64,000 bases of DNA from the human T2T-CHM13v2.0 reference genome, Homo sapiens. Location of the stretch: assembly GCF_009914755.1 (NCBI RefSeq), contig NC_060933.1. One strand, 5' to 3'. This document shows, one piece after another, positions 40,601 through 55,000 of this stretch (positions within the stretch are counted from its first letter, which is position 1; each line of letters begins with the position of its first letter). Under the pieces are notes generated by a model. That model saw only the letters and a list, made by a program, of their open reading frames with translations, was not told where the DNA came from and did not search any database. The position numbers and the translations under genes were made by a program.

Positions 40601-42560
40601 TCTCCATTACATTCCATTCCATTCGGGTTGTTCCATTCCATTCCATTACATTCCACTCCATTCCATTGCACTCGGGTTGATTCCATTCCATTCCATTCCA
40701 TTCCATTCCATTCGTGTTGATTCCATTCCTTTCCATTCCATTCGGTTTGAAGGCATTCCAATCCATTCCATTCCCTTCCATTCCATTCCATTCCATTCCA
40801 TTCCATTCCATTGTACTCGGGTTGATTCCATTCCATTGCATTCCATTCCATTCCATTCCATTCCATTCCATTCCGTTGCATTCTATTCCATTACATTCAG
40901 ATTGATTCTATTCAACTCCCTTACTCTCCATTACATTCCATTCCATTCGGGTTGTTCCATTCCATTCCATTCCATTCCACTCCATTCCATTGCACTCGGG
41001 TTGATTCCATTCCATTCCATTCCATTCCATTCCATTCCATTCCATTCCGGATGATTCCATTCCATTGCATTCCGTTCCATTACATTCCCCTGCACTCGCG
41101 TTGATTCCATTCCATTCCATTCCATTCAATTCCATTCCATTACAATTCGTTCCATTCCATTCTATTCCGTTCCGTTCCATTCCATTCCATTCCATTCCAT
41201 TCCGTTCCGTTCCATTCCATTGCATTCCATTCTATTCGTGTTAATTCCATTCCATTCCATTCGATTGCAATCGAGTTGATTCCATTCCATTCCATTCCAT
41301 TCCATTCCATTCCATTCCATTCCTTTCCATTCCGTTACGGATGATTCCATTCCATTGCATTCCATTCCAATCCATTCCCCTGTACTCGGGTTGATTGCAT
41401 TCCATTCCATTCCAATCCATGCCATTCCACTCGTGTTGATTCCATTCTTTCCATTCCATTCAAGTTGAATCCATTCCATTGCATTCCATTCCATTCCATT
41501 CCCCTGCAGTCGGGTTGATTCCATTCCATTCCATTCCATTCCAATCCATTCCATTCCACCCCGTTCCGTTCCATTCCATTCTATTCCATTCCATTATATT
41601 CGGGTTAATTCCATTACATTCTATTCCATTCCAATCGAGTTGATTCCATTCCATTCCATTCCATTCCATTCCACTCCATTCTAGTCCTTTCCATTCCATT
41701 CCACTCGGGTTGATTCCAATGTATTCCTTTCCATTCCATTCCATTCCATTGCAATCGAGTTGATTCCATTGCTTTGCATTCCACTCCATTCCATTCCATT
41801 CCGGATGATTCCATTCCATTGCATTCCATTCCATTCCATTGCATTCCATTCCATTCCATTCCCCTGCACTCGGGTTGATTCCATTCCATTCCACTCCATT
41901 CCGTTCCATTCCATTCCATTGCATTGTATTCGGGTTAATTCCATTCCATTCCATTCCATTCCATTCCATTCCATCACAATCGGATTGGTTCCATTCCATT
42001 CCATTCCATTCCATTCCATTCCATTCCATTCCGGATGATTCCATTCCATTACATTCCATTCCATTACATTCCCCTGCACTCGGGTTGATTCCATTCCATT
42101 CCATTCCATTCCATTCCATTCGATTCCATTCCATTCCAATTCTTTCCATTCCATTCTCTTCCGTACCATTCCATTCCATTCCATACCATTCCATTCCATT
42201 CCATTCCATTCCACTCCTTTCCGTTCCATTCCATTCCATTCCATTCTATTCGGGTTAATTCCATTCCATTCCATTCCATTCCATTCTATTCCATTCCATT
42301 GCAATCGAGTTGAATCCATTGCATTCCATTCCATTCCATTCCATTCCATTCTGGAAGATTCCATTCCATTGAATTCCATTCCATTCCATTCCCCTGCACT
42401 CGCGTTGATTCCATTCCATTCCATTCCATTCCATTCCGTTCCGTTCCGTTCCATTCCATTCCATTCCTTTCTATTCGGTTTAATTCCATTCCATTCCATT
42501 CCATTCCATTCCATTCCATTCCAATCAAGTTGATTCCATTCCATTCCATTCCATTCCATT
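37690..42560 (-). repeat. ~2.2-kb block repeated at 2672-2677 bp offset (about 37690-39900 and 40372-42560)
   Basis: ORF pairs 37907/40584 and 38490/41162. Shared private variants are CGTTACGG, CCACCCCGTT, CTAGTCC, ATCACAATCGGATTGG and AATCAAGTTG. Confidence 0.9.
39671..39685. promoter_or_regulatory. Canonical heat-shock element consensus match aTTCt-gGAAg-aTTCc (representative of ~14 right-arm copies)
   Basis: Exact nTTCnnGAAnnTTCn. Other starts are 42348, 45992, 46830, 48453, 49440, 50362, 52185, 53152, 56063, 56935, 58034, 59127 and 59985. Confidence 0.65.
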
Positions 42561-45500
42561 CCATTCCGTTCCGTTCCATTCCATTCCATTCCATTCCATT
42601 CCATTCCATTCCATTCCGGATGATTCCATTCCATTGCATTCCGTTCCATTACATTCCCCTGCACTCGCGTTGATTCCATTCCATTCCATTCCATTCCATT
42701 CAATTCCATTCCATTACAATTCGTTCCATTCCATTCTATTCCGTACCATTCCATTCCATTCCATTCCAATCGAGTTGATTCCTTTCCATTCCATTCCATT
42801 CCATTCCACTCCATTCCAGTCCTTTCCATTCCATTCCACTCGGGGTGATTCCAATGTATTCCTTTCCATTCCATTCCATTCCATTGCAATCGAGTTGATT
42901 CCATTGCTTTGCATTCCATTCCATTCCATTCCATTCCGGATGATTCCATTCCATTGCATTCCATTCCATTCCATTCCCCTGCACTCGGGTTGATTCCATT
43001 CCATTCCATTCGATTGCAATCGAGTTGATTCCATTCCATTCCATTCCAATCCATGCCATTGCACTCGTGTTGACTCCATTCTTTCCATTCCATTCAAGTT
43101 GAATCCATTACATTGCATTCCATTCGATTCGATTCCATTCGATTGCACTCGGGTTGATTCCATGGCATTGCATTCCATTCCATTCCATTCCAATCCTTTC
43201 CATTCCATTCCATTCCATTCCATTCGGATTCATTCTATTCAATTCCCTTACACTCCATTACATTCCATTCCATTCGTGTAGTTTCCATTCCATTCCATTC
43301 CATTCCTCTCCATTCCATTGCACTCGGGTTGATTCCATTCCATTCCATTCCATTCCATTCCATTCCATTCCATTCCGGATGATTCCATTCCATTGAATTC
43401 CATTGCATTCCATTCCTCTGCACTTGGGTTGATTCTATTCCATTCCATTCCATTCCTTTCTTTTCCATTCCATTCCATTCCATTCCATTCTTTCGTGTTT
43501 GTTCCATTCCATTCTTTTCCATTCCATTCCATTGAAATCGAGTTGATTCCATTCCATTCCATTCCATTGCATTCCATTCCATTCCATTCCATTCCGGATG
43601 ATTCCATTCCTTTCCATTCCATTCCATTCCATTCCATTCCATTCCATTCCATTCCATTCAATTCCATTCCATTACAATTCGTTCCATTCCATTCTATTCC
43701 GTACCATTCCATTCCATTCCATACCATTCCATTCCATTCCATTCCATTCCATTCCGTTCCATTCCGTTCCATTGCATTCCATTCCATTCTATTCGGATTA
43801 ATTCCATTCCATTCCATTCCATTCCATTCCATTCCATTCCGTTCCATTCCGTTCCGTTCCATTCCATTCCATTCCATTCCATTCCATTCCATTCCATTCT
43901 GTTCCGTTCCATTCCATTCCATTCCATTCTATTCGGGTTAATTCCATTCCATTCCATTCGATTGCAATCGAGTTGATTCCATTCCATTCCATTGCTTTCC
44001 ATTCCATTACGGATGATTCCATTCCATTGCATTCCATTCCATTCCATTCCCCTGTACTCGGGTTGATTCCATTCCATTCCATTCCAATCCATGCCATTCC
44101 ACTCGTGTTGATTCCATTCTTTCCATTCCATTCAAGTTGAATCCATTCCATTGCATTCCATTCCATTCGATTCCATTCGATTGCACTCGGGTTGATTCCA
44201 TTCCATTACATTCCATTGCATTCCATTCCATTCCATTCCGTTCCATTCCATTCAATTACATTCGGATTGATTCTATTCAATTCCCTTACACTCCATTACA
44301 TTCCATTCCATTCGGGTAGTTTCCATTCCATTCCATTCCATTCCTCTCCATTCCATTGCACTTGGGTTGATTCGATTCCATTGCATTCCATTCCATTCCA
44401 TTCAATTCCATTCCGTTCCATTCCATTCCTTTACATTCGGATTGATTCTATTCAACTCCCTTACTCTCCATTACATTCCATTCCATTCGGGTTGTTCTAT
44501 TCCATTCCATTCCATTCCACTCCATTCCATTGCACTCGGGTTGATTTCATTCCATTCCATTCCAATCCATGCCATTCCACTCGTGTTGATTCCATTCTTT
44601 CCATTCCATTCAAGTTGAATCCATTCCATTGCATTCCATTGCATTCCATTCCCCTGCAGTCGGTTTGTTTCCATTCCATTCCATTCCATTCCATTCCATT
44701 CCATTCCATTCCATTCCATTCCGTTCCGTTCCGTTCCATTCCATTCCATTCCATTCTATTCGGGTTAATTCCATTTCATTCCATTCCATTCCATTCCATT
44801 CCATTCCAATCGAGTTGATTCCATTCCATTCCATTCCATTCCATTCCACTCCATTCCAGTCCTTTCCATTCCATTCCACTCGGGTTGATTCCAATGTATT
44901 CCTTTCCATTCCATTCCATTCCATTGCAATCGAGTTGATTCCATTGCTTTGCATTTCATTCCATTCCATTCCATTCCGGATGATTCCATTCCATTGCATT
45001 CCATTCCATTCCATTCCCCTGCATTCGGGCTGATTCCATTCCATTCCACTCCATTCCGTTCCATTCCATTCCATTGCATTGTATTCGGGTTAATTCCATT
45101 CCATTCCATTCCATTCCATTCCATTGCATTACAATCGAGTTGATTCCATTCCATTCCATACCATTCCAGTCCTTTCCATTCTATTCCTCTCGGGTTGATT
45201 CCATTCTATTAGTTTCCATTCCATTCCATTCCCTTCCATTCCACTCTGGTTGATTCCATTCCTTTCCATTCCACTCGAATACATTCCCTCCTATTCCACT
45301 CGGAACGATTCCATTCCATTCCATTCCATTCCATTCCATTCCATTCCATTCCATTCCATTTCGTTCCATTCCATTCTATTCCGTATCATTCCATTCCATT
45401 CCATTCCATTCCATTCCATTCCATTCCATTCCATTCCATTGTACACGGGTTGATTCAATTCCATTGCATTCCATTCCATTCCATTCCATTCCATTGCGTT

Positions 45501-48500
45501 GCATTCCATTCCATTACATTCGGATTGATTCTATTCAACACCCTTACTCTCCATTACATTCCATTCCATTCGGGTTGTTCCATTCCATTCCATTACATTC
45601 CACTCCATTCCATTGCACTCGGGTTGATTCCATTCCATTCCATTCCATTCCATTCCATTCCATTCCATTCCATTCCGGATGATTCCATTCCATTGCATTC
45701 CGTTCCATTACATTCCCCTGCTCTCGCGTTGATTCCATTCCATTCCATTCCATTCCATTCCATTCCATTCCATTCCATTGTACTCGGGTTGATTCCATTC
45801 CATTGCATTCCATTCCATTCCATACCATTCCATTCCATTCCTTTCCATTCCGTTCCATTCCGTTCCATTCCATTCCATTCCATTCTATTCGAATTAATTT
45901 CATTCCATTCCATTCCATTCCATTCTATTCCATCCCATTGCAATCGAGTTGAATCCATTGCATTTCATTCCATTCCATTCCATTCCATTCCATTCTGGAA
46001 GATTCCATTCCATTGCATTCCATTCCATTCCATTCCCCTGCACTCGCGTTGATTCCATTCCATTCCATTCCATTCCATTCCGTTCCGTTCCATTCCATTC
46101 CATTCCATTCCATTCCGTTCCGTTCCATTTCATTCCATTCCATTCTATTCGGGTTAATTCCATTCCATTCCATTCGATTGCAATCGAGTTGATTCCATTC
46201 CATTCCATTCCATTCCATTCCATTCCATTCCATTCCTTTCCATTCCATTATGGATGATTCCATTCCATTGCATTCCATTCCATTCCATTCCCCTGTACTC
46301 GGGTTGATTCCATTCCATTCCATTCCAATCCATGCCATTCCACTCGTGTTGATTCCATTCTTTCCATTCCATTCAAGTTGAATCCATTCCATTGCATTCC
46401 ATTCAATTCGATTCCATTCGATTGCACTCGGGTTGATTCCATTCCATTGCATTCCATTCCATTCCTTTCCATTCCATTCCATTCCGTTCCATTCCATTCC
46501 TTTACATTCGGATTGATTCCATTCAATTCCCTTACACTCCATTACATTCCATTCCATTCGGGTAGTTTCCATTCCATTCCATTCCATTCCATTCCTCTCC
46601 ATTCCATTGCACTCGGGTTGATTACATTCCATTGCATTCCATTCCATTCCATTCAATTCCATTCCGTTCCATTCCATTCCATTACATTCGGATTGATTCT
46701 ATTCAACTCCCTTACTCTCCATTACATTCCATTCCATTCGGGTTGTTCCATTCCATTCCATTCCACTCCATTCCATTGCACTCGGGTTGATTCCATTCCA
46801 TTCCATTCCATTCCATTCCATTCCATTCCATTCCGGAAGATTCCATTCCATTGCATTCCATTCCATTCCATTCCCCTGCACTCGCGTTGATTCCATTCCA
46901 TTCCATTCCATTCCATTCCATTCCATTCCATTCCATTGCATTCCTTTCCGTTCCATTCCATTCCAATCCATTCCATTCCTTTCCGTTCCGTTCCGTTCCA
47001 TTTCATTCCATTCCATTCTATTCGGGTTAATTCCATTCCATTCCATTCGATTGCAATCGAGTTGATTCCATTCCATTCTATTCCATTCCATTCCATTCCA
47101 TTCCTTTCCATTCCATTCCATTACGGATGATTCCATTCCATTGCATTCCATTCCATTCCATTCCCCTGTACTCGGGTTGATTCCATTCCATTCCATTCCA
47201 ATCCATGCCATTCCACTCGTGTTGATTCCATTCTTTCCATTCCATTCAAGTTGAATCCATTCCATTGCATTCCATTCCATTCCATTCCCCTGCAGTCGGG
47301 TTGATTCCATTCCATTCCATTCCATTCCATTCCATTCCATTCCATTCCGTTCCATTCCATTCCATTCCATTCCATTCTATTCGGGTTAATTCCATTCCAT
47401 TCTATTCCATTCCATTCCAATCGAGTTGATTCCATTCCATTCCATTCCATTCCATTCCACTCCATTCCAGTCCTTTCCATTCCATTCCACTCGGGTTGAT
47501 TCCAATATATTCCTTTCCATTCCATTCCATTCCATTGCAATCGAGTTGATTCCATTGCTTTGCATTCCATTCCATTCCATTCCATTCCGGATGATTCCAT
47601 TCCATTGCATTCCATTCCATTCCATTCCCCTACACTCGGGTTGATTCCATTCCATTCCACTCCATTCCGTTCCATTCCATTCCATTCCATTGTATTCGGG
47701 TTAATTCCATTCCATTCCATTCCATTCCATTCCATTACAATCGAGTTGATTCCATTCCATTCCATTGCATTCGAGTCCTTTCCATTCCATTCCACTCGGG
47801 TTGATTCCATTCTATTAGTTTCCATTCCATTCCATTCCCTTCCATTCCACTCTGGTTGATACCATTCCTTTCCATTCCACTCGAATACATTCCCTCCTAT
47901 TCCACTCGGAACGATTCCATTCCATTCCATTCCATTCCATTCCATTCCATTCCATTCCATTCCATTCCATTTCGTTCCATTCCATTCTATTCCGTATCAT
48001 TCTTTCCATTCCATTCCATTCCATTCCATTCCATTCCATTCCATTCCATTGTACTCGGGTTGATTCAATTCCATTGCATTCCATTCCATTCCATTCCATT
48101 CCATTCCATTCCGTTGCCTTCCATTCCATTACATTCGGATTCATTCTATTCAATTCCCTTACTCTCCATTACATTCCATTGCACTCGGGTTGATTCCATT
48201 CCATTCCATTCCATTCCATTCCATTCCATTCCGGATGATTCCATTCCATTGCATTCCATTCCATTACATTCCCCTGCACTCGCGTTGATTCCATTCCATT
48301 CCATTCCATTCCATTCCATTCCATTCCGTTCCGTTCCGTTCCATTCCATTCTATTCTATTCGGATTAATTCCATTCCATTCCATTCCATTCCATTCTATT
48401 CCATTCCATTGCAATCGAGTTGAATCCATTGCATTTCATTCCATTCCATTCCATTCTGGAAGATTCCATTCCATTGCATTCCATTCCATTCCATTCCCCT

Positions 48501-49099
48501 GCACTCGCGTTGATTCCATTCCATTCCATTCCATTCCATTCCATTCCGTTCCGTTCCGTTCCATTCCATTCCATTCCATTCCATTCCGTTCCGTTCCATT
48601 CCATTCCATTCCATTCCATTCTATTCGGGTTAATTCCATTCCATTCCATTCGATTGCAATCGAGTTGATTCCATTCCATTCCATTCCATTCCATTCCATT
48701 CCATTCTTTCCATTCCATTACGGATGATTACATTCCATTGCATTCCATTCCATTCCATTCCCCTGTACTCGGGTTGATTCCATTCCATTCCATTCCAATC
48801 CATGCCATTCCACTCGTGTTGATTCCATTCTTTCCATTCCATTCAAGTTGAATCCATTCCATTGCATTCCATTCCTTTCGATTCCATTCTATTGCACTCG
48901 GGTTGATTCAATTCCATTGCATTCCATTCCATTCCATTCCATTCCATTCCATTGCATTCCATTCCATTACATTCGGATTGATTCTATTCAACTCCCTTAC
49001 TCTCCATTACATTCCATTCCATTCGGGTTGTTCCATTCCATTCCATTCCGTTCCACTCCATTCCATTGCACTCGGGTTGATTCCATTCCATTCCATTCC

Positions 49100-52000
49100 A
49101 TTCCATTCCATTCCATTCCGGATGATTCCATTCCATTGCATTCCGTTCCATTACATTCCCCTGCACTCGCGTTGATTCCATTCCATTCCATTCCATTCCA
49201 TTCAATTCCATTCCATTACAATTCGTTCCATTCCATTCTATTCCGTACCATTCCATTCCATTCCATACCATTCCATTCCATTCCATTCCATTCCGTTCCA
49301 TTCCATTCCATTCCATTCTATTCGGGTTAATTCCATTCCATTCCATTCCATTCCATTCCATTCCATTCTATTCCATTCCATTGCAATCGAGTTGAATCCA
49401 TTTCATTCCATTCCATTCCATTCCATTCCATTCCATTCCATTCCGGAAGATTCCATTCCATTGCATTCCACTCCATTCCATTCCCCTGCTCTCGCGTTGA
49501 TTCCATTCCATTCCATTCCATTCCATTCCATCCATTCCGTTACGTTCCGTTCCATTCCATTCCATTCCATTCCATTCCATTCCATTCCATTCCGTTCCGT
49601 TCCATTCCATTCCATTCCATTCCATTCCATTCCATTCCATTCCGTTCCGTTCCATTCCATTCCATTCCATTCCATTCTATTTGGGTTAATTCCATTCCAT
49701 TCCATTCGATTGCAATCGAGTTGATTCCATTCCATTCCATTCCATTCCATTCCATTCCATTCCTTTCCATTCCATTACGGATGATTCCATTCCATTGCAT
49801 TCCATTCCATTTCATTCCCCTGTACTCGGGTTGATTCCATTCCATTCCATTCCAATCCATGCCATTCCACTCGTGTTGATTCCATACTTTCCACTCCATT
49901 CAAGTTGAATCCATTCCATTGCATTCCATTCCATTCGATTCCATTCGATTGCACTCGGGTTGATTCCATTCCATTGCATTCCATTCCATTCCATTCCATT
50001 CCATTCCATTCCATTCCGTTCCATTCCATTCCATTACATTCGGATTGATTCTATTCAATTCCCTTACACTCCATTACATTCCATTCCATTCGGGTAGTTT
50101 CCATTCCATTCCATTCCATTCCTCTCCATTCCATTGCACTCGGGTTGATTCCATTCCATTGCATTCCATTCCATTCCATTCATTTCCATTCCGTTCCATT
50201 CCATTCCATTACATTTGGATTGATTCTATTCAACTCCCTTACTCTCCATTACATTCCATTCCATTCGGGTTGTTCCATTCCATTCCATTCCATTCCACTC
50301 CATTCCATTGCACTCGGGTTTATTCCATTCCATTCCATTCAATTCCATTCCATTCCATTCCATTCCGGAAGATTCCATTCCATTGCATTCCATTCCATTC
50401 CATTCCCCTGCACTCGCGTTGATTCCATTCCATTCCATTCCATTCCATTCCATTCCATTCCATTCCATTCCATTCCTTTCCGTTCCATTCCATTCCATTC
50501 CATTCCATTCCAATCTATTCCATTCCGTTCCGTTCCGTTCCATTCCATTCCATTCCATTCTATTCGGGTTAATTCCATTCCATTCCATTCGATTGCAATC
50601 GAGTTGATTCCATTCCATTCTATTCCATTCCATTCCATTCCATTCCATTCCTTTCCATTCCATTCCATTTCGGATGATTCCATTCCATTGCATTCCATTC
50701 AATTCCATTCCCCTGTACTCGGGTTGATTCCATTGCATTCCATTCCAATCTATGCCATTCCACTCGTGTTGATTCCATTCTTTCCATTCCATTCAAGTTG
50801 AATCCATTCCATTGCATTCCATTCCATTCCATTCCCCTGCAGTCGGATTGATTCCATTCCATTCCATTCCATTCCATTCCATTCCATTCCGTTCCGTTCC
50901 ATTCCATTCCATTCCATTCTATTCGGGTTAATTCCATTCCATTCCATTCCATTCCATTCCAATCGAGTTGATTCCATTCCATTCCATTCCATTCCATTCC
51001 ATTCCACTCCATTCCAGTCGTTTCCATTCCATTCCACTCGGGTTGATTCCAATGTATTCCTTTCCATTCCATTCCATTCCATTGCAATCAAGTTGATTCC
51101 ATTGCTTTGCATTCCATTCCATTCCATTCCATTCCGGATGATTCCATTCCATTGCATTCCATTCCATTCCACTCCCCTGCACTCGTGTTGTTTCCATTCC
51201 ATTCCACTCCATTCCGTTCCATTCCATTACATTCCATTGTATTCGGGTTAATTCCATTCCATTCCATTCCATTCCATTCCATTACAATCGAGTTGATTCC
51301 ATTCCATTCCATTCCATTCCAGTCCTTTCCATTCCATTCCACTCGGGTTGATTCCATTCTATTAGTTTCCATTCCATTCCATTCCCTTCCATTCCACTCT
51401 GGTTGATACCATTCCTTTCCATTCCACTCGAATACATTCCCTCCTATTCCACTCGGAACGATTCCATTCCATTCCATTCCATTCCATTCCATTCCATTCC
51501 ATTCCATTCCATTCCATTTCGTTCCATTCCATTCTATTCCGTATCATTCCATTCCATTCCATTCCATTCCATTCCATTCCATTCCATTCCATTGTACTCA
51601 GGTTGATTCAATTCCATTGCATTCCATTCCATTCCATTCCATTCCATTCCATTCCATTCCATTCCATTCCATTCCGTTCTATTCCATTCCATTACATTCG
51701 GATTGATTCTGTTCAACTCCCTTACTCTCCATTACATTCCATTCCATTCGGGTTGTTCCATTCCATTCCATTCCATTCCACTCCATTCCATTGCACTCGG
51801 GTTGATTCCATTCCATTCCATTCCATTCCATTCCATTCCATTCCATTCCATTCCATTCCGGATGATTCCATTCCATTGCATTCCGTTCCATTACATTCCC
51901 CTGCACTCGCGTTGATTCCATTCCATTCCATTCAATTCCGTTCCATTACAATTCGTTCCATTCCATTCTATTCCGTACCATTCCATTCCTTTCCATACCA

Positions 52001-55000
52001 TTCCATTCCATTCCATTCCATTCCATTCCGTTCCCTTCCGTTCCATTCCATTCCATTCCATTCTACTCGGATTAATTCCATTCCATTCCATTCCATTCGA
52101 TTCCATTCCATTCTATTCCATTCCATTGCAATCGAGTTCAATCCATTGCATTCCATTCCATTCCATTCCATTCCATTCCATTCCATTCCGGAAGATTCCA
52201 TTCCATTTCATTCCATTCCATTCCATTCCCCTGCACTCGCGTTGATTCCATTCCATTCCATTCCATTCCATTCCGTTCCGTTCCATTCCATTCCATTCCA
52301 TTCCATTCCATTCCGTTCCGTTCCATTCCATTCCATTCCATTCTATTCGGGTTAATTCCATTCCATTCCATTCGATTGCAATCGAGTTGATTCCATTCCA
52401 TTCTATTCCATTCCATTCCATTACATTCCATTCCTTTCCATTACATTACGGATGATTCCATTCCATTGCATTCCATTCCATTCCATTCCTCTGTACTCGG
52501 GTTGATTCCATTGCATTCCATTCCAGTCCATGCCATTCCACTCGTGTTGATTTCATTCTTTCCATTCCATTCAAGTTGAATCCATTCCATTGCATTCCAT
52601 TCCATTCCATTCCCCTGTACTCGGGTTGATTCCATTGCATTCCATTCCAATCCATGCCATTCCACTCGTGTTGATTCCATACTTTCCATTCCATTCAAGT
52701 TGAATCCATTCCATTGCATTCCATTCCATTCGATTCCATTCGATTGCACTCGGGTTGATTCCATTCCATTGCATTCCATTCCATTCCATTCCATTCCATT
52801 CCATTCCATTCCATTCCATTCCGTTCCATTCCATTCCATTACATTCGGATTGATTCTATTCAATTCCCTTACACTCCATTACATTCCATTCCATTCGGGT
52901 AGTTTCCATTCCATTCCATTCCATTCCTCTCCATTCCATTGCACTCGGGTTGATTCCATTCCATTGCATTCCACTCCATTCCATTCAATTCCATTCCGTT
53001 CCATTCCATTCCATTACATTAGGATTGATTCTATTCAACTCCCTTACTCTCCATTACATTCCATTCCATTCGGGTTGTTCCATTCTATTCCATTCCATTC
53101 CACTCCATTCAATTGCACTCGGGTTTATTCCATTCCATTCCATTCCATTCCATTCCGGAAGATTCCATTCCATTGCATTCCATTCCATTCCATTCCCCTG
53201 CACTCGCGTTGATTCCATTCCATTCCATTCCATTCCATTCCATTGCATTCCATTCCATTCCATTCCTTTCCGTTCCATTCCATTCCATTCCATTCCATTC
53301 CAATCCATTCCATTCCGTTCCGTTCCGTTCCATTCCATTCCATTCCATTCTATTCGGGTTAATTCCATTCCATTCCATTCGATTGCAATCGAGTTGATTC
53401 CATTCCATTCTATTCCATTCCATTCCATTCCATTCCATTCCTTTCCATTGCATTCCATTTCGGACGATTCCATTCCATTGCATTCCATTCAATTCCATTC
53501 CCCTGTACTCGGGTTGATTCCATTGCATTCCATTCCAATCCATGCCATTCCACTCGTGTTGATTCCATTCTTTCCATTCCATTCAAGTTGAATCCATTCC
53601 ATTGCATTCCATTCCATTCCATTCCCCTGCAGTCGGGTTGATTCCATTCCATTCCATTCCATTCCATTCCATTCCATTCCATTCCATTGCGTTCCGTTCC
53701 ATTCCATTCCATTCCATTCTATTCGGGTTAATTCCATTCCATTCCATTCCATTCCATTCCAATCGAGTTGATTCCATTCCATTCCATTCCATTCCATTCC
53801 ACTCCATTCCATTCCACTCCATTCCAGTCCTTTCCATTCCATTCCACTCGGGTTGATTCCAATGTATTCCTTTCCATTCCATTCCATTCCATTGCAATCG
53901 AGTTGATTCCATTGCTTTGCATTCCATTCCATTCCATTCTATTCCGGATGATTCCATTCCATTGCATTCCATTCCATTCCACTCCCCTGCACTCGTGTTG
54001 TTTCCATTCCATTCCACTCCATTCCATTGCAATCGAGTTGAATCCATTGCATTCCATTCCATTCCATTCCATTCCATTCCATTCCATTCCATTGCATTCC
54101 ATTCCATTCCATTCCATTCCATTCCATTCCATTCCATTCCATTCCATTCCATTGTACTCGGGTTGATTCCATTCCATTGCATTGCATTCCATTCCATTCC
54201 ATTTCATTCCATTCCGTTGCATTCCATTCCATTCCATTCGGATTGATTCTTTTCAACTCCCTTACTCTCCATTACATTCCATTTCATTCGGGTTGTTCCA
54301 TTCCATTCCATTCCATTCCACTCCATTCCATTGCACTCGGGTTGATTCCATTCCATTCCATTCCATTCCATTCCGGATGATTCCATTGCATTCCGTTCCA
54401 TTACATTCCCCAGCACTCGCGTTGATTCCATTCCATTCCATTCCATTCCATTCCTTTCTGTTCCATTCCATTCCATTCCATTCCATTCCGTTCCGTTCCA
54501 TTCCATTCCATTCCATTCTATTTGGGTTAATTCCATTCCATTCCATTCGATTGCAATCGAGTTGATTCCATTCCATTCCATTCCATTCCATTCCATTCCA
54601 TTCCAGTACTTTCCATTCCATTACGGATGATTCCATTCCATTGCATTCCATTCCATTCCATTCCCCTGTACTCGGGTTGATTCCATTCCATTCCATTCCA
54701 ATCCATGACATTCCACTCGTGTTGATTCCATTCTTTCCTTTACATTCAAGTTGAATCCATTCCATTGCATTCCATTCCATTCGATTCCATTCGATTGCAC
54801 TCGGGTTGATTCCATTCCATTGCATTCCATTCCATTCCATTCCATTCCATTCCATTCCGTTCCATTCCATTTCATTACATTCAGATTGATTCTATTCTAT
54901 TCCCTTACACTCCATTATATTCCAATCCATTCTGGTTGTTTCCATTCCATTCCATTCCATTTCACTCCATTCAATTGCACTCGGGTTGATTCCATTCCAT

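Noticed and set aside
41681-43093. Longest ORF (470 aa) and all other MEWNG/IPFHS ORFs
   Set aside because: (GGAAT)n has no stop codon in any frame and supplies frequent ATGs. The ORFs overlap in all frames and show no domain content, so they are not genes.
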